Assembly: GCA_013239625.1 (NCBI GenBank)
Contig: MU053934.1
Span: 5,908,399-5,972,398, forward strand
Reading direction: 5' to 3'
Source of the DNA: Lama guanicoe
Lineage: Eukaryota
DNA length: 64,000 bases
Part shown: piece by piece, positions 13,226 to 24,468 of the stretch
How positions within the stretch are numbered: the first letter of the stretch is position 1
Layout of the letters: each line of letters begins with the position of its first letter
Translations under genes and position numbers: made by a program
Notes under the pieces: generated by a model
Told to the model about the DNA's origin: nothing
Seen by the model: the letters and a program-made list of their open reading frames with translations, nothing else
The model's database searches: none

Positions 13226-13314
13226 TTGGAGTTCTCTCCACAGACACTCTGTTGCTATGGCAAACAGTTATGCACAATCCCTCGCGATGCCACTTACTAC
13301 AGTTACCAGAACAG
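13226..13314 (+). CDS. EP300: EP300 exon 19 equivalent (RING N-part)
   Basis: cag|TTGGAG...ACAG|gtaagc; LEFSPQTLCCYGKQLCTIPRDATYYSYQN; 89 nt. Confidence 0.97.
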
Positions 13315-15196
13315 GTAAGCTTGACCTGTGTGGACTGTGGTCAGACTGTCCGCATGTCTAGGGAGTGCATGCGGAAGGACCAGCACACATACAGTCATGG
13401 TTCATGTGGAACTTGCTTGAAAACAGCTGTACAGCACAAGTTCTGGTCTTTGCATTCTGCCTTTGTTTGCAGAATTATACAGTTTTCTAATAGAAAGTAG
13501 CCTTGTGTCTGGGCCCATATTTTTATAAGGCAGAAACCCAAGGCCTTATGAAGTTAAACAATTTCATGAGTTGGTGGCGTACATGGGACTAGGTCCCAGG
13601 CCCCACTTCTCTTTCCACTGTCCTCCTCCAGCTCACCGCAGCCTCTAGCAAAACAAAATTTTCAAACTAATTAGTCTTTCTACTTGTCCGTGAAATTGCT
13701 GCTGGCTTTCACCATTCCCAGAACTACCCAGAAAACTTTTAACCAAAAGTTTGTTAACCAGCTGTATCTTCTAGGAAATGTTTCCTTTTTGTGTACAGCC
13801 TATCCATCCAAAAACTCCAAGTTTTTCTTGGAGTATATAAAAACAGAGGATTCCAGGGGTTTTTTGCCTCTCTTAAGCAAATAAAAGGGAATACCCCCAA
13901 AAATGACTCTGTACCAGACTCTTCTTAAACAGACTTGAATATGACAGTGGATGGTAGGCTTCTAGTAAATTAGACACTGCTGCCTTATTTTCTCTTGCTC
14001 AAACAATGGCTATAATCACAAATTGCACTTACTATCTTAATCAGCCAACAATATAGCTGGCATCAGGTGTTTACTTGGGGCTCTGAGACAGTAATAGCAA
14101 GGCTGGACAGTTAATACTTTGAACGAAATCCACAGTGATTTTTTTTGCTGAACTTGTGTGCTATAGTTGTATTTCTAGCTTTGAAAAGGTCACTTAAACT
14201 TTTTGTTTTATTTACAAAAAGTTAGGTGCACTCTCCCTGATGCTTTGTAGTCATTAGAATCCACGGTTTTTACTCATTAAAACTTAGGAAGTAGTCTCAA
14301 GTTGTTACAAGCACCTTGTGTTCAAAAAAGCAAGTGACAGCTGGCACGAAACTTTGCTTGTGCTGTCATCTTGACATTTATGTAGCGTTTCTGGACTTTT
14401 ACCACCAGTCTACAGCGCTTGCAGTCTTTGTACCAAGAAATATGTAATCATGTGTCTGCACACACCACTGCCTTTCTTCTCCCCTTTAAATGATGTCAGT
14501 TGGTGCCACAGTCTGTTTAACTGCTTGTGCAGACTTTTCATTGTACTTATGTGGCTTCTTTGATCAAAAAGAAACTTTTTTTCAGACCACAGTGGTTTTT
14601 AGATGACTTCTTGATACTATATCCCTAATGGATTTTTTCTTTGAAAGTGGGGAGAAGAGTGATTGCCATGTTTAGGTGATAGAGTAACAGATCTTGTCTC
14701 CCCAGTATATTTATCCTTCCTTATCCTTTTGATTATTTGCATCAAGTAGCGTTAATTACTAAAACCGAAGGGTGTAGGTCTGTGTGAGACTTGTTTGTTT
14801 TATTTGCTGTAATCATTTGCTACTTGTGATCCCATTGAGATATTTAATGCTAATCTGTGCTTTGCCTTGGCTTTCTGCTTTGTGTTGTCTTGCGTTTTAT
14901 GTTTTTTGTTGTCCTGCAATCCCTCATTTCTTCGTTTGTTTTGTGTTTTTTTTTTTCTCCCTCATGCTTGTCGTTGTCTGCACTTGGCTTTGATTGCAAA
15001 AAACCAAAAACCAAAAACCAAACCTAAACTGTGGGCCCATAAATCTGCATCATTGAATGTCCTTGTCGCCGTTGATGACCTGCTCTCTGCTCCCGTCCCC
15101 CTCCTTGGCCTGCTGTGATTGGTGGCTTCGTTGCTTGGCTTGGGCTGTGTTGTGTGAACGGAACAGTTCACCCCAGTATGGCCTTCTTGCCGACAG

Positions 15197-15277
15197 GTAT
15201 CATTTCTGTGAGAAGTGTTTCAATGAAATCCAAGGGGAGAGCGTTTCTTTGGGGGATGACCCTTCCCAGCCTCAAAC
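15197..15277 (+). CDS. EP300: EP300 exon 20 equivalent (RING); candidate alternative in-frame start at 15167
   Basis: cag|GTATCAT...AAAC|gtaagt; YHFCEKCFNEIQGESVSLGDDPSQPQ; 81 nt. Confidence 0.96.
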
Positions 15278-15365
15278 GTAAGTAACTATGTTATGTTGGA
15301 AAGTACTGTCTTATTTCTCTGTTTTGTTAGGTGATTATGCTCAGGCTTCTAAGTGGTCTTGGGTT

Positions 15366-15549
15366 ATGCTGTCTAGTGTGATAGCCGTTAGCCGCAGGGA
15401 GCTAGTAGAATACAGATTAACTTAAAGCAAATAAAACTTAAAATTCCTAATTTCTGTTGCTTAATAAACATCTGTGGCTAATGGCTGCCATATTGGTCAG
15501 TACAGATGGAGAATATTTCCATCACAGCAGAAGGTTCTTTCAGTGCTGA
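15366..15549. mobile_element. MER3/MER33-like hAT-Charlie MITE
   Basis: gctgtctagt...tagcc...gtggctaatggctgccatattgg...gagaatatttccatcacagcagaaggttct resembles the MER3 consensus. Confidence 0.6.
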
Positions 15550-16309
15550 TCTAGGGAATACTTCAGTGTTGGATGGTCATTTTAGGTATATTTCTTCTAT
15601 AAGGAAACAGCCAGCTTCTCTCCTAAAAAGTTAGTTTCACTGTTAGCTATGTTGAGTTTGAGGGAAATTGACCAAATAACCACCATTCAACTTTCTCATA
15701 CAGGTTAAAAATACCCAAATCATTACAATTGTGAATATCATTTAACAACATTAGGGATTTAGGAATTTGTTAGAGTGACTTACAGAAAGACACTTGGACT
15801 TCTGCTGTCTCACAAGTTCTTGTGGTTTGGTAAATGCCAAGAAAATTTTTCAGACGCAGCCTAAACTGCCTCATGGTACGTCTGATCTCTAAGATTCAGT
15901 TAGACATTGAAATTTGGATTGTTAACAGAAAAAAAGAACTGCATGTTGTCTTTTCAATATTCTTCAGCTTCTTTTCCAGTTTAACCTATAATAAACAGAA
16001 GCAACTGAGAACATTTAAAAAAAAAAAGTACGGAATTGTTACTAGTAATAACAGGGCTTCTGAGAAAAACTGGTTAATGTTTCCAAATTGGGTTTTGAAG
16101 TTGTACTTTGTCCTCAGTCACCATAGACATAGTGGGGACTGGTGCTGGTCTAGAAACTAGATATTAGGTCCCCTTGAACCTTAAGGAGATTTTCTGACCC
16201 TTGGCTAAACCAGGGAAGTCGGCTCCAGCTAGTTTTCCCTGATGCAGGAAGGGAGACAGCCTTACAGTTGGTGCTATCGAGTGGCTCCCCACGTGTCCTG
16301 TACCTTCGG

Positions 16310-16447
16310 ACAGCTCATCTCTGACTTCACAGTGCAGAGGCCCCTCTTCCAGTTCTGAATGTGGCAGTGGGCCTGAGTCTGTGCATTACTAACAAGTTCC
16401 CAGATCATTCTGTGCTTCTTGTCTTTAGAACACACTTTGAGTAGCAA
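16310..16447. mobile_element. MER5-like hAT-Charlie fragment
   Basis: gggcctgagtctgtgcattactaacaagttcccag...cacactttgagtagca. Confidence 0.55.
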
Positions 16448-16947
16448 GACTTCAGGCCATTTAATGATGAGTCTCTAGCCTATGACCAGTCAGATACAGC
16501 TTAAATGTGGAAATGTCCTCATTTTTGTGAGGAGGAACCACATTAAATAGTGATTTAGGTCCCTCTGTACGCACTATCTTTATATACCTTGTTCAGTCTA
16601 GAAACATTAAACTATTAAATGGTATAGATACCTAACAGTAAGAGTAGTGGGCAAGATTTAAAAAGGAAAAGAACTAACCCATATGCCTAGTTCTTACTGG
16701 ATTCTCCTTTTCCTATAAGTGGGAGTAGATTTACTCTTAAGTTCTTTCCAGAAAACATAGGCATTTCTTTATGTAAATGTGCATTTTGTGGGAGCAAGAA
16801 TGTATAAGTTTATTGTATCCTTGGTTTAGTCTTAGAAGATTTAAATAACCCACTCACAGGATGGGTTTTTTTGTTCCTTTTGGTTAGAACAGTGGTCTAA
16901 TTATCTTTCTGTTGCCTTTTCTCACTGTATCCCTCTTCTTTCCTTAG

Positions 16948-17004
16948 TACAATAAATAAAGAACAATTTTCGAAGAGAAAAAATGACACACTGGATCCTG
17001 AACT
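16948..17004 (+). CDS. EP300: EP300 exon 21 equivalent
   Basis: tag|TACAATA...AACT|gtaagt; TINKEQFSKRKNDTLDPE; 57 nt. Confidence 0.95.
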
Positions 17005-17685
17005 GTAAGTAGTTCCCCTTGAATAGTCAGTACACCTTGAGTTTCCTTCTTCCTTTCATTCTCTTGGTTTGCATAGCCAGTGAGATGATTCTCTATTCTT
17101 GGGCTAAATCTGTAACATACCTAACACAGATGGTAGAAGAGTTAAAGTTCACATTATGGTTAGGATTCATTTACATTTCACTAAATTGACGTAATATTTT
17201 GGTGTTTTATATGTAGGTCTAAGTGAAGCATCAAGCTACCTCTGCTCAGTGCCATGCATTCCAGCCCTGTTGTCCTCTGCATTTGCAAACCAGCTCATAA
17301 TCCCCCCCCTTTATAGTGAGGCCTTTCAGAACCCTGTACAGAGATGTATTGGTGTTCTGGGCGTTCCTGACATGGATATGATGGTGTTGGACTCACTTGG
17401 AAGGCAGTCATCTTTATCTTTCACTTTTTACCGCCTTTCCATGGTCACAGTTAAAATGGCCACATTTAATGACTGAACTTAACTGCTTCTGAGATTTGCT
17501 CTACCTATAAACACTAAGAAACTTTTAAAACCCAGGAACTCTTTAAAACTATTACTTCAGTTCTTTGGACATGACCTTGGCTGTCTTTTGAATTGTCAGA
17601 AATCAGAAAATATCGAAAGTTTTCATTTGGTTTAAGATTTGGATTTAATCTTGACATTTTGACTTTTCATTTCCTTCATTTCCAG

Positions 17686-17763
17686 GTTTGTTGAATGTAC
17701 AGAGTGTGGAAGAAAGATGCATCAGATCTGTGTTCTTCATCATGAGATCATCTGGCCGTCTGG
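17686..17763 (+). CDS. EP300: EP300 exon 22 equivalent (PHD)
   Basis: cag|GTTTGT...TGG|gtgaga; FVECTECGRKMHQICVLHHEIIWPS; 78 nt. Confidence 0.96.
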
Positions 17764-19244
17764 GTGAGACTTAAGTATTTTCTCTCAACTTTTTCCCTGT
17801 GAACTTTAGTGAGTTTTAGTCTTCTTTGCAATAATATTTTCAAAGTCGCTGTCTCTGAAAATTATTTTTTGGATTGGGAAAAGATAAGTAAAATCTGGTT
17901 TTAAAACATTAAATAACCTAGAATCCAAAAATATAAATCTTTCTCTTGCCTTTTTTAATCCATATACAAGTAAGTTTGTTCTGCTGGTTCATTTTTTAAA
18001 TTCTTTGGTGGTCATTGTTCATCAAAAATCAATACTTAATGAAAGATTTATCATCAGAGATTACAAGAAATTTGTAGCAGCTAGAAACCAGCAAGGAGGT
18101 GTTAGACTCAGTTAAATTTGCCAGAGTCTGAATTTTACTTATGCAGTAGAAAAATTAGAAGATACGGGTAATGGAGGGTGCCAAGGGGACACCTATTTCT
18201 ACCTCTGAAAGACCATCATAATGAACGGTATACCAAATGGTGACCTTGGTTAGGATTTGACTTAAAATGTTTTCAGTGGGTTGGGTTGTAAGTTACATCG
18301 GTGTTCAGTGGAAGGCAGGGTTGCGTGACAGTGACCAGATACAGACTTCAGTGAACAAGGTATTCTTGGGCCCCATGTTCTGTTTCTGAATATTCTTCAC
18401 ATATTTACTTAGGCTGCACATCATTAATGACTTTCACAGAGTGGGTTTTTGTCCATTGTGACACTCATCTGTCTACTGCTTTGGGCTGCTTCTCACTCTC
18501 CAGGAACGGGGCTGATCCCAGCTGTGTTCCAAGGGAAGGCCTGGGGGAGGGTCTCCGCATTCAGCAACTCGCAGTAGGACGAGAGCTCTACTCTACTGCT
18601 CTTTCTTGGACTGACTGTTGACACTGGTTTGGAGGTCACAGGAAAGGGGAGGCTAATCAACACATTTCCAGAAAAAAACAGTGAAGTCACAGCAGTTGAT
18701 GTTTACATGGCTTGTCTTTAGATAAGCCTTTTCAGTACTCTCCTCAAGAGTGGGAGAGAGTAATTAAGATACTTTAGTGATCCTTGCAACTAAACATGAG
18801 TCAGTTGGCTGGTGAGCATTTAATGTGGAACCCAGTTTTTGTAAGAAATTCTACTTATGCACACATCCTTATATAATTGCTGGAACAAAGAGAATGTACA
18901 TTTAAAATCTGGTGCTGCTTTCAAAATGTACTTACTTACATCCCCACCAGTAGCATATAGACTTTTGCCAATGTGATTAGCCAAAAAAAAAAAAAAACCC
19001 ACAAAAATTCCTGCTTTAATCTGTAATTCTTCATCATCTTTGCACATGTAAGCCATTTTATATGCCCTTAACCTTTCTTCATGCCTTTTGCCTGTTTTTT
19101 AGTTAGGTTTTTAATTTTTTTCCTTCTTAAATTTTTCTAAGAGCTCTTTATTAGTTTTATTAACTCTTTGTTATGTATTTAGAAATATCTCTCTGAATTG
19201 CAACTTTACACATACATAAGATAGATTTTTATACTACAATATTA

Positions 19245-19377
19245 ATTTTTTGTTTGGTTGATTTTTGTTTAGAAGGGGTGATTAGGTTTGTTTATTTTTA
19301 ATGGAGGTACTGGGGATTGAACCCAGGACCTCGTGGGCGCTAGGCATGCACTCTACCACGGAGTTATACCCTCCCCC
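19245..19377 (-). mobile_element. tRNA-derived SINE (Vic-1-like), ~60 nt upstream of the exon 23 acceptor
   Basis: atggaggtactggggattgaacccaggacctc...ctctaccacggagttataccctcccc with a T-rich tail. Confidence 0.85.
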
Positions 19378-19440
19378 TAGTACACATTAATTTAAATATT
19401 TCTCTAAGTTGTTTAAGCAAAGTCTTGGTTTACATTTTAG

Positions 19441-19508
19441 ATTTGTCTGTGATGGCTGTTTAAAGAAAACTGCACGAACTAGAAAAGAAAATAAATTTTC
19501 TGCTAAAA
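19441..19508 (+). CDS. EP300: EP300 exon 23 equivalent (PHD end)
   Basis: tag|ATTTGT...AAAA|gtaagt; FVCDGCLKKTARTRKENKFSAK; 68 nt. Confidence 0.96.
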
Positions 19509-20403
19509 GTAAGTTTCATTCTTACAGGTGAATTTTGGCAAAACTTCACTGAAGCATAGTTAAAACTAAACATCCAAAATGAACTATTTTGTTTTAATAT
19601 GATTTAAATTACTTAAAGTAAAAATCAAATTTTTTCTATAATTTAAGTTGTACTGAAATGTACTTTTTGGTGTGAAATTCATTAGACCTAATGATTTGTA
19701 AAAAGAAGGATATGTGTTTTCTTTGTTGCTACATTTTTCTGTATTTGGGGCACTTCCTGATTGGGGCCAGATGTGTAAATACTTGGTCAGAATTGCCATC
19801 TCATGAATGATTCCCTGGGTTTTGTGTAAATACCCTTACGTAGTAAGGATTGCTTTTAGACCTATGTGATCTTTTCAGTGGGGTGGGGGTGGCAGTCAAT
19901 TTCAGTTTTATACATGCCTTTGCCGTTTGGGGGTTTTTTTGTTTTTGTTTGTTTTGTTTTGCTGAGCTTTATTCTTTATAAGGTTTATCAAAGCACCTAC
20001 CAGAGGTTTTTAAGTATTATTGTAGTCGAGGCAAAGTGCATATGGATGTCTGTTCTGTTTTTTGAATCTTCTGAAATTGAAAACTTTTCAAAATAAAAAG
20101 TTGAGGAAAGTAACATTTAAAAAATACTGACTACCCTGCTTGCTTTAACTGCACATATACTGAAATGAGAATGATACGAGAGGAGTAGCATGCGCTCTGC
20201 GGGGAGGACACACAGGCTCACGAAGTGTTCCATGTTAATTTTTTTTTAAGTATTGACTACATTGCTAACTTTTAACAAAACCCAGTAAGTTACCCCTTTA
20301 GTATTGAAAAAGCAGAATTGAAATTCGTATTGAACCTTATAAGACTGACAGTAATAAATATGCCCCTTGGTTACTACTGAATGTGTAATTTCTGCATTCC
20401 TAG

Positions 20404-20554
20404 GGTTGCCGTCTACTAGGCTTGGCACCTTTCTGGAGAATCGTGTGAATGACTTTCTGAGGCGACAGAATCACCCTGAGTCTGGAGAGGTCACTGTGCG
20501 GGTAGTTCATGCTTCTGACAAAACTGTGGAAGTCAAACCAGGCATGAAAGCAAG
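20404..20554 (+). CDS. EP300: EP300 exon 24 equivalent (HAT domain start)
   Basis: tag|GGTTG...CAAG|gtatcg; LPSTRLGTFLENRVNDFLRRQNHPESGEVTVRVVHASDKTVEVKPGMKA; 151 nt. Confidence 0.97.
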
Positions 20555-20675
20555 GTATCGAATAATTTCCCCTTTTCTTCTCTTGTGGATCCACCGTTGA
20601 GCACACACGGTTACTGCTGGTGATTCTAGTTTTACGGAGATGTTGTGGTTTTTCCCTCCAATGTGCACTGTACAG

Positions 20676-20822
20676 GTTTGTAGATAGTGGAGAGATGGCA
20701 GAATCCTTTCCATATCGAACCAAAGCCCTCTTTGCCTTCGAAGAGATCGATGGTGTTGACCTGTGTTTCTTCGGCATGCACGTGCAAGAGTATGGCTCCG
20801 ATTGCCCTCCGCCCAACCAGAG
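20676..20822 (+). CDS. EP300: EP300 exon 25 equivalent (HAT)
   Basis: cag|GTTTG...CAGAG|gtaggg; [48 protein letters not shown]; 147 nt. Confidence 0.97.
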
Positions 20823-21460
20823 GTAGGGCTTACAACTGCCACTTTCTGATTTGCATGGGAGTCTGAAGTTATAAGGTGAAAAGGCATAATGAACAAGACA
20901 GTGTTTGATGTGCTTGGTTTGGAAATGCAAAATCTTGAGTACTTTACATTGAAGTGAAACAACAACAAAAAAACCCAAAAGACAAAATACTGGTTTTCTG
21001 TGGTCACAGTAATAAGGAAAGAGATATGAATAGCAACTTGAAATTCAAAATAGGGAACAAACTGACTGCTTTTCAGAAAATGTACTTAAATCTAGGTTGT
21101 GTCATGTACCTTCCTGAGATACCTGAAAGAATGTCGTGCAAATGGGGATAGGATATGGTTTGGAATTTTTCGTTTCCAAAATAGTACAAAGGCCAGAATC
21201 AGAGTTCTGCCAGGACGTATTTGGATCCATCACTGTTGATTGATGTCCTGTGTTGTCAGGCCCTGCTGGGTGCTGCTGGGACTGTAATAGGGCTGTAGGC
21301 CCAAAATCTAGTCATTTACCCAAATAACTAGTAACGTGTGGTAAGCATCACAAGTGACAAGGTGAGCAGAGAGCGCTGAAGAGAGAACGTGTGTTGTAGC
21401 CACATCAGTAGGAACTGGTTATGTGACCTGACTTGGTTTCTTTCTCCCCATTTGGTGTAG

Positions 21461-21574
21461 GAGAGTATACATATCATACCTCGATAGTGTTCATTTCTTC
21501 CGTCCTAAATGCTTGAGGACTGCAGTCTATCATGAAATTCTAATTGGATATTTAGAATACGTCAAGAAACTAGG
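21461..21574 (+). CDS. EP300: EP300 exon 26 equivalent (HAT; YLDS with D1399 equivalent)
   Basis: tag|GAGAGT...TAGG|gtaagc; [37 protein letters not shown]; 114 nt. Confidence 0.97.
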
Positions 21575-22243
21575 GTAAGCATAAAAGCAATTTGTTTAAA
21601 CTGATTACCACTGGGTGTTATGGTGAGACATAGGTTAAGATATGCAAATATTTGATCTTTTTGTCTTTACTCTTCAACTTTGGTTTTCATCTAGTAGAAC
21701 TATAATCTTAACTTGGTTAGATATCCTTTGCCAGTGGGAGGGGGGGAATGGATATTTTGGCCCTAGTTGCACCCATCCCAGACTAGTATTATTTTGTTTG
21801 GTTAAGCTATTAGATGCAGTTAGATTTGAACATTATTCCCCATTAAAGACCAGAACGATAAATTGCACTTGATTCTTTTACACCTGGATATCAAAACCAA
21901 AATCAAACTAAGGTCTAGAGATTTAAAACAGTCCATAAGACCGGTTCCTTACCTTCAAGGTGTATGTGTGCTTTAGAGTATTCCGCATCACCTTTGGTGG
22001 TTATTTCTCTTTAACAATGTGCATTTTATTTAGCTCTCTTGTTGACATGGATTCATTTTCCTTTGCATTGTAGCTTTTGTTTGGTCCTTTAGTGCAAATT
22101 TGAAGGGTGTTGATCCAGGATCATACCTAGTTCTGGCCTACAAATGTCCATCTGATGTGGATCGTACACTTTGTATCATCTTGAGCGAAATCACTGGTTT
22201 CTGTAATGACTCTACTCTACACTTGAAAGTGTGGCATTCTCGT

Positions 22244-22362
22244 GTGGGAGGGTATAGCTCAGTGGTAGAGTCTGTGCTTAGCATGTCCTGGATTCAACCC
22301 TCAGTACCTCCATTATCCAATTAATTAACTTTCTAATTACTTCTCCTCCCCTCCCCCAAATA
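22244..22362 (+). mobile_element. tRNA-derived SINE (Vic-1-like) with TSD, ~70 nt upstream of exon 27
   Basis: gggagggtatagctcagtggtagag...cagtacctccat; flanking direct repeats agtgtggcattct / agtgtagcattct. Confidence 0.85.
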
Positions 22363-22429
22363 TAGTGTAGCATTCTTTTCAGAATGGATGATCTTTTCTC
22401 TTGAGTGTTTCTTCTCTTTATGTTGTTAG

Positions 22430-22595
22430 ATACACAACAGGGCATATTTGGGCATGTCCCCCAAGTGAGGGAGACGACTATATCTTCCATTGCCACCCCC
22501 CTGACCAGAAGATACCCAAGCCCAAGAGACTGCAGGAGTGGTACAAAAAGATGCTGGACAAGGCCGTGTCCGAGCGAATTGTCCATGACTACAAG
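22430..22595 (+). CDS. EP300: EP300 exon 27 equivalent (HAT active site, W1436 and Y1467 equivalents)
   Basis: tag|ATACAC...CAAG|gtcagg; YTTGHIWACPPSEGDDYIFHCHPPDQKIPKPKRLQEWYKKMLDKAVSERIVHDYK; 166 nt. Confidence 0.98.
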
Positions 22596-23347
22596 GTCAG
22601 GAGTTGGGGGGACAGAACTGGGAAATGACTGATGTTGCTGCTCTGTGCTCTGTTTAACTGTCTTAACAAAAATCTTGTTTGTTCTCCCTCGTCCATGAAT
22701 TTGTGAAATTAAGCTGATTTGAAAGTGGGGCTTTTTCCCCATGAATTACTATTAAGGTGTTTATTTAATAGCCATTGGTGATTACAGAGTATCTCACGAC
22801 AAGAACTTCTACCAAATTTGTTACCTATTTTTACTCACGGGGAGGAAAACATGAACTGGATGTCTTCCTGAGCAGCACAGCGAGTCATTCTGTAGCCATA
22901 CAGTCTCCACTGTTCATAGTTTGGGTGGTTTAGACATATTTCTCAGTGGATGCTGATGTTTCAAGGATGCATGCAGGGTAGGCATGCCTTGCGCCACACT
23001 GCATTCTGTCTGAGTGTAAAGGCCACGATGTGAAAGATGCTGCCTCTGCCATTGTTCTTGGTAACATAAAGGATAATTTCCCTCTTGGCAACATAAAGGC
23101 AGGCGATTTACAAGTCCTCATGGGTAGAGGACTGCGGAAACCAGAAATACCAATCTCAGATCGTGCCTTTCCACTGTCTGAAACACTAAATGGCTCTCGG
23201 GCATCGAAGTTGGACATAAAATCTCTGCCATCTTCCAGAAGACCCACCTAATCCTTCATGTTTCTTGTGTCCCTTACCTATGACTATTTCAGTATAATAA
23301 ATGCTTTTTTAAAAAAAAATCCAATTTGTATGTGGATGTTTTCACAG

Positions 23348-23512
23348 GATATTTTTAAACAAGCTACTGAGGATCGATTAACAAGCGCAAAGGAATTGCC
23401 TTACTTTGAGGGTGATTTCTGGCCCAATGTTCTGGAAGAGAGCATTAAGGAACTGGAGCAGGAGGAGGAAGAGAGGAAGCGAGAGGAGAACACCAGCAAT
23501 GAGAGCACAGAT
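23348..23512 (+). CDS. EP300: EP300 exon 28 equivalent (HAT)
   Basis: cag|GATATT...GAT|gtgagg; DIFKQATEDRLTSAKELPYFEGDFWPNVLEESIKELEQEEEERKREENTSNESTD; 165 nt. Confidence 0.97.
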
Positions 23513-24306
23513 GTGAGGGCTTTGCATTTTCCTTTCCCACCTCTACCTCGATTCTCATGTATAACCCAGAAGTGAGCTTAAATTTTCATTGTGGCCTCAA
23601 AGCTCTGGGCTCTTTAAGTTGGGCAGGAAACAACGGCTTAGATAAGTTACTGTGGTTCTAGTTCAGTAGTTTTAAACCTTTTTAGCATCAGACCCCATTT
23701 TTAAATGGAATCTTGGATTTCCAGTAATGGAAACCAAAGGATAGGAACCCTGGAAAACTGATAGAAAATTATCTATCTAGAGCATGGGGCCAGGACACTT
23801 TACTTTCTGTAAAGGTCTAGATTATGAATAGTTGGGGCCTTGTAGGCCATGTAATTACAGCCTTTAAAATCATTGAATGTTTTCAAGGTCTTTTTTGAAT
23901 GGTAGGCCCATAAATTCTAGAATGTGAGTGGAAGGAAATGTAACTGAGGTCTTTGGCTCCCTACTTCCACGCACTCTTCCCCTGCTCCTTGTTCCCTGTC
24001 CTCAAGTCTGGGATAGTGTGGATCCACCAGAGGGGTCTCCTGGTCTGCCGGTTCTACTGATCAAAAAGTTAAGGCTGCCATTTTCTTGATGAAGAAGCAT
24101 CAGTGCAAGGATTCTTCACTGGAAGAAAACTAGTGTAAAACTTCAGTAAACCTTAGTTTACTGTAAATAACAGCTTTAAAAAGAGCAGCTAGTGGAAGGT
24201 GTAAGGTTATGATCTCTAGTTTCAAAAAATGGAGTCTTTTACCATTAGTATGGCTCACGTCACTTAAATAGTTAACATTTTCTTGTCCCCTTGTGCTAAC
24301 CTGCAG

Positions 24307-24468
24307 GTGACAAAGGGAGACAGCAAAAATGCTAAAAAGAAGAATAATAAGAAAACCAGCAAAAACAAGAGCAGCCTGAGCAGAGGCAATAAGAAGAAGC
24401 CGGGCATGCCCAATGTGTCCAATGATCTCTCGCAAAAACTGTATGCCACCATGGAGAAGCACAAAGAG
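24307..24468 (+). CDS. EP300: EP300 exon 29 equivalent (Lys-rich autoinhibitory loop)
   Basis: cag|GTGACA...GAG|gtgaga; VTKGDSKNAKKKNNKKTSKNKSSLSRGNKKKPGMPNVSNDLSQKLYATMEKHKE; 162 nt. Confidence 0.97.
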
